The position numbers were made by a program, and so were the translations under genes. From the NCBI GenBank assembly GCA_016235865.1, contig JACRIK010000027.1:26213-90212 (forward strand): 64,000 bases of DNA, read 5' to 3'. The notes beneath the pieces were generated by a model. It searched no databases. It saw nothing but the letters and a program-made list of their open reading frames with translations, and was not told the origin of the DNA. This stretch comes from Planctomycetota bacterium (GTDB taxonomy: Bacteria; Planctomycetota; MHYJ01; JACQXL01). The first letter of the stretch is position 1; each line of letters opens with the position of its first letter. Of this stretch, positions 36,582 to 46,365 are shown in pieces.

Positions 36582-37652
36582 CTACATGGTTTTGAGTATC
36601 TTGTCCATGGCATCGAGCAGGCCCTTGAGTTCCTCGGCGTTGCAGTCGCCCATATGGGCAATCCTGAATGTGCTGTCCTTGAGCTTGCCGTAGCCGGCTG
36701 ATATCATATAGCCGACCTTGCCTAATTCCTCATTGAGTTTCTTGATGTCTATCTTTTTGGTGTTGTCCGCCGTGGTCATGGTGATTGATTCATAGCCCGG
36801 CTCGGTGAAGAGCTTGAATCCGTTGTCGGTCACCCACTTGCGGCACATCTTGGCCAGTTCTTTCAGGCGCTCGAACCTTTTTTCCAGTCCCTCTTTGAGC
36901 ATCTGGTCCAGCTGGTAATTGAGCGCGAAGATGTGCGAGACCGAGGGCGTGGTCGGGGTCTGGTTCTTGGCGTCAAAGGCGTCGAATTCCACAAAGTCAA
37001 AGTAATAGCCGCGGTTCGGGACGGTCTTGGCGCGCTCCAAAGCCCGTCCGCTGACCGAACAGATGGCAAAGCCCGGCGGCAGGGCAAAGCCCTTTTGGGT
37101 GCTGGCCAGGCACACGTCAATGCCCCAGGCATCCACTTCTATCTTGGCGCCGGCCATTGAACTGACTGCATCCACCATAAACAGCACGTTTGGATACTTC
37201 TTGACTACGTCCGAGATTTCCTTCAAGGGGTTCATCACGCCGACCGAGGTTTCGTTGTGGGTGACAAAGACCGTGTCATACTTGCCGGTGGCTAATTCCT
37301 TATCAACCATGGCCGGTTTTATGGACTGGCCCAGCGGGACCTCAAACTTGTCGGCCGGTTTGCCGTTGGCGACCGATATGCCGAACCATCTCTCGCCGAA
37401 TTCACCGCAGACGAAGTGAGCGGCGCGTTTGCTGATGCAGTTGCGCACGCAGGCCTCCATCAGTCCGGTGCCGGACGAGGTGCTCAGGTATATCTTGTTC
37501 TTGGTGTAGAGCAGTTGCTGGAGTTTTCCCTTTACCGCGCCGTGCAGGTCGGTATAGTCCTTGGTCCGATGTCCGATCATCGGCGTGGCCATGGCGTTTA
37601 ACACGCCCGGATAGACCTCGACCGGGCCCGGGATAAACAGTTTCTTGTGCAT
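36582..37652 (-). CDS. Class V PLP-dependent aminotransferase (serine-pyruvate/alanine-glyoxylate/phosphoserine aminotransferase-like), about 356 aa from the start MHKKLFIPGP
   Basis: N-terminal IPGPVEV motif. Conserved neighbourhood with a serA-like gene and a DUF1015 gene. Confidence 0.8.
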   Translation of the reverse strand: MHKKLFIPGPVEVYPGVLNAMATPMIGHRTKDYTDLHGAVKGKLQQLLYTKNKIYLSTSSGTGLMEACVRNCISKRAAHFVCGEFGERWFGISVANGKPADKFEVPLGQSIKPAMVDKELATGKYDTVFVTHNETSVGVMNPLKEISDVVKKYPNVLFMVDAVSSMAGAKIEVDAWGIDVCLASTQKGFALPPGFAICSVSGRALERAKTVPNRGYYFDFVEFDAFDAKNQTPTTPSVSHIFALNYQLDQMLKEGLEKRFERLKELAKMCRKWVTDNGFKLFTEPGYESITMTTADNTKKIDIKKLNEELGKVGYMISAGYGKLKDSTFRIAHMGDCNAEELKGLLDAMDKILKTM

Positions 37653-37666
37653 AGCACTCTCTCTTT

Positions 37667-39175
37667 CTATCTGAATGAAGCCGAGCAAATGGCGCAACCC
37701 TTACGGGCCTTCTTGCCCTTTGCGCTGCCCTTGGTTTCGTTTTCGTGCAGGTAGTTTATCTTACTGATGACGATACCGCTCAGGAGTTTGGGATAGAAAT
37801 CAGTTGATTTCTGGGGCATCCGTTCGCCCTTGAGCGAGACGTTCTTGACCTCGGCAATCCTGGTCGGATTGAGGATGAAGGCCATCTGGTACTTGCCTTT
37901 TGTTACGCTGTCAATGGCCTCGTCTTCGGAGCGGATGTAGTTGACGTTTTCCTCGTTGGCCACCTGTTCCTTGTTGATGCCCAGCATTTTCTCAAGTATC
38001 AGGGAGTGGAGAATGGTCACGTCCAGCCGTTTCCAGGTGGACGACTGTTTTTCGGTGATGACCTTATCCATTATCTTGTCGTTCTTCAGGGTGAGCACGA
38101 AGTATTTCTTGACGCCCTTGACAATCAGTCCGAAGGCATGGGCCCGCTCCCCGGTCATCCTGAGGTCCTCGGAGAATTCCTGGCGGCTGGCCTTTTCCTC
38201 TTTGGAGGTGTGGGTTGGATACTCGTTAATCCAGAAATACTGCTTGAGCTTGGCCAGCAGGTTATTGAAGGAGAAGTCCTTCCCCGATTTGGTCGGGACT
38301 CCGCTGTCGCTGCGAAGCCCGAAGATGAGCCGGTGGGTGGGCAGGATGGTCAGGCCTTTGTCGTCCATATTGACAAAGGTCATCATCCGGTTCTCGAATG
38401 ACTCGTTGCCGATGCATTTCAGGCCCAGGGCGCGCATCTCGTTGCGGTAATTAAGCGCGGTTTCGTAGCGGTGATGGCCGTCCGCGATGAAGACGGCCTT
38501 CTTTTTCATGGTGTTCTGGACAACCTTGATTATCCTGGGATCGGTGACCTTCCAGAGCTTGTGAATCACGCCGTCGTCGTCTTTGAGCTTGATATCAGCC
38601 GGCCGGTAGTTGGTAACCCGGGCCAGGGCCTGATTGATGACCAGTTTCGGGTCCGAGTAGAGCATGAAGATTTGTCCGGTCGAGCCGCCCACCGCGCGCA
38701 TGGTGCTTAAGCGGTCCTGCTTGGGCTTGAGGAGCGTGCGTTCGTGCGGATGGACGCCGCCCTGGCCGAATTCCACCAGCCGCATCAGTCCGATAAAGCC
38801 CTTGCGGATTTCCGGCGCGTGAGCGCCATAAGGGCGCCATGGCGCTTCGGCGCCACAGGCGGACTTGTTCTTGATGGGTGAATGGAATTCTTCGTGATAG
38901 GCATAGATGGCCCGCTTGTTGTCTTGGACCAGGATATTCTTCTTCAGCCAGGCATTGAGATAATCAGCCGCCCGGGTGTATTTGTTGTTGCTGTCGTTGT
39001 CGCCCTTGAGGTCCTTGCCCTTGGTGATGCGCACCAGGTTGTAGGGGTTCCGTTTGTAATACATGGCCTGCATCTCGGGCGTGATTTTGTCATACGGCTG
39101 GGTCAGGACCAGCCCGTAATCCTTGATTTTGGACTTGTTATAGGTGATGCCGTAAAAAGGCAGGATATCGGTCAT
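37667..39175 (-). CDS. DUF1015-like conserved hypothetical protein, 502 aa, with a Lys/Cys-rich C-terminal tail
   Basis: N-terminal LPFYGITY-type start and the known serA-serC-DUF1015 gene neighbourhood. The family call is from memory. Confidence 0.55.
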   Translation of the reverse strand: MTDILPFYGITYNKSKIKDYGLVLTQPYDKITPEMQAMYYKRNPYNLVRITKGKDLKGDNDSNNKYTRAADYLNAWLKKNILVQDNKRAIYAYHEEFHSPIKNKSACGAEAPWRPYGAHAPEIRKGFIGLMRLVEFGQGGVHPHERTLLKPKQDRLSTMRAVGGSTGQIFMLYSDPKLVINQALARVTNYRPADIKLKDDDGVIHKLWKVTDPRIIKVVQNTMKKKAVFIADGHHRYETALNYRNEMRALGLKCIGNESFENRMMTFVNMDDKGLTILPTHRLIFGLRSDSGVPTKSGKDFSFNNLLAKLKQYFWINEYPTHTSKEEKASRQEFSEDLRMTGERAHAFGLIVKGVKKYFVLTLKNDKIMDKVITEKQSSTWKRLDVTILHSLILEKMLGINKEQVANEENVNYIRSEDEAIDSVTKGKYQMAFILNPTRIAEVKNVSLKGERMPQKSTDFYPKLLSGIVISKINYLHENETKGSAKGKKARKGCAICSASFR

Positions 39176-39209
39176 TTGTTTGGTCCTCTCTTTAGAGTCC
39201 GTTGGAGTA

Positions 39210-39245
39210 GGGCGGCTTATGGACTCTTATGTCCCCCGATGTTAT
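39210..39245 (-). terminator. Hairpin cccccgatataacatcggggg downstream of the STAS gene, related in sequence to the hairpin at 36540-36578
   Basis: Shared core ccccgatgtt(r)(y)atcgggg in both hairpins. There is no clear U-tract, so terminator function is uncertain. Confidence 0.35.
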
Positions 39246-39262
39246 ATCGGGGGGCTGTCATA

Positions 39263-39622
39263 TTAATGGGACAATTCACTCAGTTCTTTAATGGCATCCT
39301 GCAGGTTATTGGTAATGCTGTAGAAGGTGGACAGCTTGAATAGTTTGAATACCTCCATGACATTGGCCTGGGGGCTGATAAAGACAATCGTGCCCTTGTG
39401 CTTTTCCAGTTCATCCAGCAGAGAGATAAACAGCCCGATGCCCGGGCTGCCCATATAGCTCACTCCGGATAAGTCTACTACGAGCTTCCATATCTTACGG
39501 TTAAACAGGGACTGGATTGCCTCGAAAAGCGTTTCCGAGGTCTCGTTATTCAATACGCCGTCCAGCGTTATCAGGCAGGACTTGCCTTCCAGTATTTTAA
39601 CGTCAATAGCCAGTTCTTGCAT
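39263..39622 (-). CDS. STAS-domain anti-sigma-factor antagonist (SpoIIAA-like), 119 aa
   Basis: VVDLSGVSYMGSPGIGLFI motif of anti-anti-sigma factors. Confidence 0.7.
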   Translation of the reverse strand: MQELAIDVKILEGKSCLITLDGVLNNETSETLFEAIQSLFNRKIWKLVVDLSGVSYMGSPGIGLFISLLDELEKHKGTIVFISPQANVMEVFKLFKLSTFYSITNNLQDAIKELSELSH

Positions 39623-39625
39623 AGG

Positions 39626-40552
39626 TTATTTCTTTGCGAAAGCGATAAGTTTATCGGCCACCGCGTCGCCCACCCGGTTCTGGCCTTCGACCGAAGAGGC
39701 GCCCAGATGGGGCGTCAGGATTATTTTCTCGCCCACCGCAATCAGCGGATTGTCCGGCGTAACCGGTTCTTTTTCATAGACATCAATAGCCGCGCCGGCA
39801 ATGGTGCCGGCCTTGAGCGCTTCGGCCAGGTCCTTTTCCACGATGATGCCGCCCCGGGCGCAGTTGAGGATATAGGCGGTCTTCTTCATCTTCTGGAATG
39901 CCTCGGCGTTAATCATGCCGGCGGTTTCCTTGGTCTTGGGCATATGGAGCGAGATATAATCGCTTTGACTGTAAACCTCATCCAGGGTTTTGACCATTTT
40001 GATGCCGGCTTTGGTGATATGTTCCGGCACCGGATTGAGATAGGGGTCGTAGCCGATGACGGACATACCCAGGGCGATGGCCCGCTTGGCCGCTTCAAAT
40101 CCGATTCGGCCCACGCCGACTAAGCCGAGCGTCTTCTGGTAAAGCTCGGTGCCTTCCAGGCGCTTCTTTTCCCATTTGCTGGTCTTCATGGTGCTGTCGG
40201 CAATGGTGATTTTCCGAGCTAAGGCGAACATCAGTCCGATGGTCAGTTCGGCCACCGAGATAGACGATGCCTCGGGTGTGTTTTCCACCTTGACATTGGC
40301 TTTCTTGGCCGCCTCGGCGTCGATATTGTCCATGCCCACCCCGCCCCGGACGATGAGTTTCAGGTTCTTGCCTTTTTCGATGACCTCTTTGGTGGCCTTG
40401 GTGGCGCTGCGGACGACCATAATGTCGTAGTCACCCACCACGTTAAGCAGATCCTGGGCCGTGATGCCGCCCTTGTCGTCCACGGTCAGTCCGCCCTGGC
40501 GCATCTTTTCCACGGCGGAACTTTCCACCTTGTCGCAGATTAAGACCTTCAT
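39626..40552 (-). CDS. serA: D-3-phosphoglycerate dehydrogenase-like D-isomer-specific 2-hydroxyacid dehydrogenase (short form without an ACT domain), 308 aa
   Basis: NAD-binding GLVGVGRIG, and catalytic RGG ... E ... H triad context (LNCARGGIIVEKDL, HLGASS). Lies in a serine-pathway neighbourhood. Confidence 0.7.
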   Translation of the reverse strand: MKVLICDKVESSAVEKMRQGGLTVDDKGGITAQDLLNVVGDYDIMVVRSATKATKEVIEKGKNLKLIVRGGVGMDNIDAEAAKKANVKVENTPEASSISVAELTIGLMFALARKITIADSTMKTSKWEKKRLEGTELYQKTLGLVGVGRIGFEAAKRAIALGMSVIGYDPYLNPVPEHITKAGIKMVKTLDEVYSQSDYISLHMPKTKETAGMINAEAFQKMKKTAYILNCARGGIIVEKDLAEALKAGTIAGAAIDVYEKEPVTPDNPLIAVGEKIILTPHLGASSVEGQNRVGDAVADKLIAFAKK

Positions 40553-40623
40553 GTGTTCTCCTCTCTAATTTCCCCCGCTACTGTCCTCCTATAATACCTG
40601 TTTTACCCGATAATATCAAGAAA

Positions 40624-43600
40624 TTACGGTATCAATTCATTAAACCGCTTATCCCGGCGCAGGTTTTCCAGGTCCGGGTCTTTTTTGGCCCAGTCCAGGC
40701 CGGTCATCCCGAATTCGATGGCCTTTTTCAGGGCCATAAATGCCTCGTCAATGTTGTTATTGCGGGACAGGGCGCAGGCGTAATTATACCACAGCCCGGA
40801 GATGTTCGGGAAACAGGCCACCGCCTTCTGGTAATACTCAACCGCCTGGGCATAGTTACCGCCTTCCAGGGCTTCCAGGCCTTTCTGGATGTATTCCAGC
40901 CCGGCTAAATCAGTCTCTTGGAATTTTACCTGGCTTTGGAGCGACTCTAGGGTAGTGATATCTGACTTTCCGCCCAGCAGGGCAGTGAAACTATCCGCTA
41001 AAATACTGTTGATGGCCAGGTTATAACCCTCTTTCCAGAGAATAACCGCGCCGGCCTTGTTTATCAGGAGCACCGAGGGCATAAGCTCCTTTTTCTTGGT
41101 GGCCACATCCGGGATAAACTGTTTGGCCGCGGCCATATCCTTATCCAGCAACATCGGTAGTGACACGCCGTTTAAACGCTCGTCATTTTCGCCCTTTTCG
41201 TCAACCAGCACGGTCCAGATTTCCACGCCGGCTGATTTGGCCTGGTTAATCGTGGACTGAATCAGCGGCAGCATCCTCAGGGACGGCTCGGATTCCAGGG
41301 TGAAGAATACCAGGAGTATATTATTATTCTTGAGCGCTGATTGTAAGTTATGCGTTTGCCCGGCCTTATCCGTCAGGGTGAAATCCGGCCGGGTCTTGAG
41401 TTCCCGTACCACCCGTTCACCGCTGCTGAGCATATCCATCGGCAAATCCAGCGGTACAGTTACCTCAATGCCTTTTTCCGAGGCGATGGTAATCGGCCGG
41501 GCGTAGATAAGCACATCGCCGTTGGCGTTGCGGTTGGCGGCGGTTAGGAGATATTCGCCCGGCGCCGCGGTCAGCCAGCCGTTGCTGACGTTGAGCTCCT
41601 CTTCCAGGAAATCCCAGCCGCCGTCGCTGAACCTGGAAATGCCGCAATTCATCTCGCTGGTCTGGTATTCAAATCCGTTCTTGGTGGTGATGATTCTTAC
41701 CCCGCCTTTCTTGACGTATTGCTTTTTGGTATCCTCGTTCAATTCCGTCTTGCCCAGATTCTTGCTGTCCATGGGATAAAGCGGCAGCCAGTTGGCGCCG
41801 TCGTAAAACTCCACCCAGTCGGACTTGATATTAGCCGGGATGCCCACAGACCGCAATGCGGCGATGGTGGACATAACCGGCCCGCCCTTGAGCGCGCGCC
41901 GGCTCTTAAAGACATCGGCCGGATTGGGCGAACAGAAAAACCGGCCGCTGGCTGAGTCCGCTATCTTGATGTTCTGTTCAATCCACTGGTTGATTCTTAA
42001 GGCCGCCTCGGTAATGGTCAGAGGTTTTTTACCTTGGTAAACCACGGGCATGAGCAGGTCATAAAGATCTTTGCGCCATTGATAAATATGCATGTAGGGC
42101 ATCCGGGGCGACAGGACATAGGAATGATAAATATCGTCGGTTACCTTTACCGGCATCTGGCTCCGGGCTAATTGGGCGTACTTGACGTGCTCCAGCAGGA
42201 TGGTCTTGTTGGTTTCGATGCTGTCCACCAGGTTCATCTGGGCCACCAGCCAGAACAGGTCTTCTTTCTGTTCCTTGGAGGCTTCATTCATAGCCGCAAC
42301 GATTTCCGTCCAGTTGCCGCCCGAGCGCTTCAGCACGCTGATGATATTGCCGGACAGCGGGCTGGACATGATTAGTTCGTTGACATCTGGGTGTTCCTCT
42401 ATTTTGAACTCCGCGCAATAATAGGCCTCCGGCGGCGCTATCGGGCAATGGTCGGAATTAATTTTCTTATATTTGGCCGGGACTTCCGGGTCAGGCCCGG
42501 CATTGGCCGCGGCCGGATTAAACGCCACATACGCCGCATGGGTGTCCGGGAAGCGCAGGGTATAATAACCGGACGGGCCACTCTTGTTTGATAACGTCAT
42601 GGTGACGGGCAGGGTGCCTGAAATAGTGGAGATAATCTGCCAGTCCAGCTGTCCGGTATTCCCGGCGCTGAGCATATACTGTCCGACGCCGGTGGTAATC
42701 GAGGCCTTGCCCTGGGCATCGGTCTTCTGCAGGGCGACCTTACGGAATACCGCCCAGTTTACCACGGACAGTGTCACCGGCGTGCCGGAAGCCGGCTGGC
42801 CGTCGGCCGCCAGAACGGTGACATCCAATTTGCAGGTCAGCGAATAATTGGACAGGACGTTCAGAATGGAGTCCTTTTTACTGGCCCGGTAGATTGTGGA
42901 CTTGTCCTCGGGCTGTCCGAACCGGGCGCAGTAAATCGCCGCGCCGGTAGCTGAGAATTCCGTGAACCAGGCCCGGCCGGCTGTGGCGGCCATGGCTGAT
43001 TGGATGGATGGTTCGCAGCTGCCCATGGAAAACCATTTATCGCCGGCCCAGATCTCGGTCCAGGCGTGGTTGTTGTCGCATTTGGGCCAGTAAGGCGTAT
43101 AGACGCTCCGAGACGGGATGCCGACCGCTCGGGTAGCGGCCATAAAGATAATCATCATCTCCTCGCAGCGTCCCTGGCTGGATAGAAGCGTGGCAAAGGG
43201 CGATTTGTCCCTGGCCTCGCTCGGCTCAAAATGGACCCGTTGCTTGGCGTATCCGGCCTGGGTGTCTTTGCGCTCGCCGCCCAGCCAGAGATTGACCTGA
43301 TAAGCCGCCTCTAACATCGTCTCGCAGTCCTTAACCAGCGGGTCTAACTGGTCGTAGAAATATTTGCGATGCGCGGTAATCGGTTCTTCAGCCATCCGGT
43401 AGGGCAGGACATAGGCCAAAAAAGTGTCCTCGGGCATATCCTTCATCCAATGGTATTTGTGTTTTATCAGATATGCGTAATGGATGTGCTCCAGCAGATA
43501 ATCGGCCTTGATGGAAATCAGGTCCGGGAAGGGCATGGTGCTGATGAGGAACGCCGCGCCTTCCAACTCCTCGCCTTTGAGCGTGGTCAAAACCTTGAGC

Positions 43601-43776
43601 AGTTCCGGGGCGTTCTCGCCGGCTTCATTCAATGCCGATTGGACATTGGCAACGTATTTGGCAGGCGCATATTTGGAGATGTCCGCGTATGGTTTTGAAC
43701 CGGATGACTTGCAGGAGGATAACATGAAAACAACCAGAAGCGCGCCTAAAACCAGTTTGGTGTGTCTGATAACCAT
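40624..43776 (-). CDS. Large lipoprotein (1050 aa) with a transglutaminase-like cysteine-protease core domain, a redoxin-like fold without CxxC, and C-terminal TPR repeats
   Basis: Lipobox LSSCKS, transglutaminase-core-like GRCEEMMIIFMAATRAVGIPSR, and C-terminal TPR (AVEYYQKAVACFPN). Confidence 0.65.
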   Translation of the reverse strand: MVIRHTKLVLGALLVVFMLSSCKSSGSKPYADISKYAPAKYVANVQSALNEAGENAPELLKVLTTLKGEELEGAAFLISTMPFPDLISIKADYLLEHIHYAYLIKHKYHWMKDMPEDTFLAYVLPYRMAEEPITAHRKYFYDQLDPLVKDCETMLEAAYQVNLWLGGERKDTQAGYAKQRVHFEPSEARDKSPFATLLSSQGRCEEMMIIFMAATRAVGIPSRSVYTPYWPKCDNNHAWTEIWAGDKWFSMGSCEPSIQSAMAATAGRAWFTEFSATGAAIYCARFGQPEDKSTIYRASKKDSILNVLSNYSLTCKLDVTVLAADGQPASGTPVTLSVVNWAVFRKVALQKTDAQGKASITTGVGQYMLSAGNTGQLDWQIISTISGTLPVTMTLSNKSGPSGYYTLRFPDTHAAYVAFNPAAANAGPDPEVPAKYKKINSDHCPIAPPEAYYCAEFKIEEHPDVNELIMSSPLSGNIISVLKRSGGNWTEIVAAMNEASKEQKEDLFWLVAQMNLVDSIETNKTILLEHVKYAQLARSQMPVKVTDDIYHSYVLSPRMPYMHIYQWRKDLYDLLMPVVYQGKKPLTITEAALRINQWIEQNIKIADSASGRFFCSPNPADVFKSRRALKGGPVMSTIAALRSVGIPANIKSDWVEFYDGANWLPLYPMDSKNLGKTELNEDTKKQYVKKGGVRIITTKNGFEYQTSEMNCGISRFSDGGWDFLEEELNVSNGWLTAAPGEYLLTAANRNANGDVLIYARPITIASEKGIEVTVPLDLPMDMLSSGERVVRELKTRPDFTLTDKAGQTHNLQSALKNNNILLVFFTLESEPSLRMLPLIQSTINQAKSAGVEIWTVLVDEKGENDERLNGVSLPMLLDKDMAAAKQFIPDVATKKKELMPSVLLINKAGAVILWKEGYNLAINSILADSFTALLGGKSDITTLESLQSQVKFQETDLAGLEYIQKGLEALEGGNYAQAVEYYQKAVACFPNISGLWYNYACALSRNNNIDEAFMALKKAIEFGMTGLDWAKKDPDLENLRRDKRFNELIP

Positions 43777-43870
43777 AGTCGAATCCCTTCTTAGTTACGG
43801 TTATGATGGAAATTCGGATTATTATATAGCAAACGGTCATGATGTTCAATATTTCCAACGATAAATCCAT

Positions 43871-44026
43871 TGACCCCGCACATAAACTATGTTAACAATA
43901 CTGCAATAAAGTTCGTTAAACGGTAGCATATAAGTGTTTAATTAAATCGTTATACTTATGTGCGGGGTTGACCCCGTTAAGTGGGGGACTTACGATAGTG
44001 CTCCCCTCTATTAAGAGGGGTCGGGG
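43871..44026. promoter_or_regulatory. Highly structured divergent-promoter spacer: long inverted repeat tgaccccgcacataa / ttatgtgcggggt plus cggggttgaccccg and cccctctattaagagggg mini-hairpins, upstream of lpxK
   Basis: Inverted repeats read directly from the sequence. Function unknown. Confidence 0.3.
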
Positions 44027-45085
44027 GTGTGTCAGATAATTACCATTATGAAGTTTATCAGACAGATTTGGTTTAGGGCCGTGCACCAGAATCCCAAGGG
44101 GTTTTTCTGGTGGCAGGTTCGGGGGGTGCTCCGTCTGATGTCATTTTTCTATTATATCGGCATCAAACTGCGCCTGTTCCTTTATTGGATTGGCATCTTC
44201 AGGTCGCGTAAATTGGTTGCCCGGGTCATCAGCGTGGGCAATCTGACCGTGGGCGGGACCGGCAAAACCCCTTTTGTGCTTTATCTGGCAGAGAAACTGT
44301 CTAAAGGAAGCAAGGTCGGGATTCTGACTAGAGGATATGGAGCCGGGTCTAAGTCCACAGAAGATGACGAGAATATGGCCCTGCCGGCTAATGTGATTCG
44401 GGCTACTAATCCCGACCGGGTCAGTAGTGGCGAGAAACTGATAAAAGAACAGGGTGTTCAGACCATTATCCTTGATGACGGGTTCCAGCATCTTTCATTA
44501 AAGCGTGATGTGGATATTGTGCTTATAGACGCCACTAATCCGTTTGGTAAGGGACGGCTGATGCCGGCCGGGATTCTACGCGAGCCGCTGGCCGCCCTTA
44601 AACGGGCTGATATCTTTGTCATTACCCACGCTGATTTGGTGACACCGGAGCAACTCAATGTGCTGGAGCAGAAACTTAAAAGGTATAATAAGAAGATGGT
44701 CAAGGCGATTCATAAGCCGCAATATCTGGTGGACATGGCCCAGCCGGATAAAACCATTGACCTGGCCGAAATCAAAGGCCAGAATATCTGGGAATTCTGC
44801 GGTATCGGCAATCCATTCCAGTTCCACAAGACCCTCAATGCGCTCTGCATGGTCAAGGGCCTTTCGATATTTCCGGACCATTATTACTATTCCCAGCCGG
44901 ACCTTCAGGCCATGTTCCTGAAAGCGAAGATGGAAAAGGCCGAGGCCTTTGTGACCACGGAAAAGGACGCCCTGCGGCTGAAAGGCGTAACAATCCCACA
45001 GGATATTCCCTGCTATTATCTGAAGATAAAGATAGAAATAATCCAAGGAGAAGATGTGATAGGAAGCTTAGAGCAAAGAGCATAG
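44027..45085 (+). CDS. lpxK: Tetraacyldisaccharide 4'-kinase, 352 aa
   Basis: P-loop VISVGNLTVGGTGKTP and ILTRGYG motifs. Confidence 0.85.
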   Translation: MCQIITIMKFIRQIWFRAVHQNPKGFFWWQVRGVLRLMSFFYYIGIKLRLFLYWIGIFRSRKLVARVISVGNLTVGGTGKTPFVLYLAEKLSKGSKVGILTRGYGAGSKSTEDDENMALPANVIRATNPDRVSSGEKLIKEQGVQTIILDDGFQHLSLKRDVDIVLIDATNPFGKGRLMPAGILREPLAALKRADIFVITHADLVTPEQLNVLEQKLKRYNKKMVKAIHKPQYLVDMAQPDKTIDLAEIKGQNIWEFCGIGNPFQFHKTLNALCMVKGLSIFPDHYYYSQPDLQAMFLKAKMEKAEAFVTTEKDALRLKGVTIPQDIPCYYLKIKIEIIQGEDVIGSLEQRA

Positions 45086-45136
45086 AGACAAGATTATCTC
45101 TACGCTATACGCTATACGCTCTACGCTATACGCTCT

Positions 45137-46273
45137 ATGCTGTATTTCCGTATCATTGACGTCAATGCCAATCGGGCGCGGGAGGCAACCCGGGTTATAG
45201 AGGATTACGCCCGCTTTATCCTGGAGGATGCGGTCTTGAGCGCCAAGGCCCGGAGCATTAGGCATCAATTAGTAAATATCCTCAAGCCCTGCGCTCGGCA
45301 GATGCTGGCCAGCCGGGATATTCAGGCCGATATCGGCAAGGAAACCGCGACATCAGCCAAGACAACCGCTGAGATTGTCATCAGTAATCTCCGCCGGTTA
45401 AGCGAGTCATTACGCAGTATTTCAGAGTATTCTAAAACTATTATTAAAGATAATCTGTGTAAATCTGCTTGCACTGAGCAAAGCGAATGTGTGTCATCTG
45501 TGGTTAGGGATGTTGAACGCCTGCGCTTTGAGGCATACCAATTAGAACAGGAATTCTCATTTATCCTCTATCCTAACAAGGCATTTGATAAGGTGCGTCT
45601 TTATGTGTTGGTGCCGGGCATCCGGAACGATAAGATTATCAGGGATTTGATTAAGGGAGGAGCAGGTGCTATTCAATTAAGAGTAAATACCCCCTCACCC
45701 TTCCCTCTCCCCTGTGGGGAGAGGATAGGTGAGGGGAGCGGTACCGAATCATTAACCGACAAGAAATTATTGGAGCTGGCTGTAAAGTTTCGGAAGATTA
45801 CCAGAGCGCATCAGGCCTTGTTTATTATCAATAACCGGATTGATATTGCTTTGTTGAGCAATGCAGACGGCGTGCATCTGGGCGCCACTGATTGTTCTGT
45901 CCGTGACGCTCGCAAAATATTAGGGCCGGATAAGATTATCGGCGCCACCAGCCATTCCATTGCCGAGGCGCTGGACGCCCAGCGGAACGGGGCTGATTAC
46001 GTCTCGGTCGGTCCGATGTTCTCGTCGCCCACCAAGCCGCATCTGGCGCTGGTTGGGTTCAGTTATCTCAAGGAGGTGGCCAGGAAGATACATATTCCCT
46101 ATGTGGCTATCGGCGGCATCACCGCAAGAAATCTGCCGGTTCTGTTGAAGGCGCATAAGAGGTTATTTAAAGAACCGCTCAAGATTGCGGTTTCATCGGG
46201 GATTCTCAACAGCAAGAATGTATCAGAAGCAACAAGGCGGATAAATAAAATACTTAACCACAAGGGACATTAA
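45137..46273 (+). CDS. thiE: Thiamine-phosphate synthase (ThiE) domain with an unrecognised roughly 160-aa N-terminal domain, 378 aa. The ThiE domain is interrupted in frame by a palindromic element
   Basis: ThiE motifs AIQLR ... FIINNRIDIAL ... ADGVHLG ... IGATSHS ... GADYVSVGPMF. The insert VNTPSPFPLPCGERIGEGSGTES sits directly after QLR. Confidence 0.75.
   Translation: MLYFRIIDVNANRAREATRVIEDYARFILEDAVLSAKARSIRHQLVNILKPCARQMLASRDIQADIGKETATSAKTTAEIVISNLRRLSESLRSISEYSKTIIKDNLCKSACTEQSECVSSVVRDVERLRFEAYQLEQEFSFILYPNKAFDKVRLYVLVPGIRNDKIIRDLIKGGAGAIQLRVNTPSPFPLPCGERIGEGSGTESLTDKKLLELAVKFRKITRAHQALFIINNRIDIALLSNADGVHLGATDCSVRDARKILGPDKIIGATSHSIAEALDAQRNGADYVSVGPMFSSPTKPHLALVGFSYLKEVARKIHIPYVAIGGITARNLPVLLKAHKRLFKEPLKIAVSSGILNSKNVSEATRRINKILNHKGH
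45691..45736. repeat. 46-bp palindromic element inserted in frame within thiE (cccctcacccttccctctcccc tgt ggggagaggataggtgagggg). It is the inverse-orientation copy of the uvrB element
   Basis: The 22/21-nt arms are reverse complements of each other. Positions 45716-45736 are the exact reverse complement of uvrB 1683-1703. Confidence 0.75.
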
Positions 46274-46282
46274 TAAATTAGA

Positions 46283-46365
46283 CAACAGGATTTAACGGAA
46301 CTAAGCGGAGCGTGAATCCGAGCACCCCGACCCGTACGGGCGGGGCGCGCAGGTTAATTATCAGA
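46283..46365. repeat. Second copy of the roughly 80-bp dispersed intergenic element (matches the reverse complement of 6300-6390), with an internal ccccgacccgtacgggcgggg palindrome
   Basis: Shared ggaactaagcggagcgtgaatccgagcac and gcgcgcaggttaatta segments. Confidence 0.6.

Noticed and set aside
43508-43870. ORFs 43508..43864 (+) and 43625..43870 (-) at the 5' end of the transglutaminase-like lipoprotein gene
   Set aside because: They overlap the well-supported lipoprotein start (signal peptide plus lipobox) and have no features of their own.
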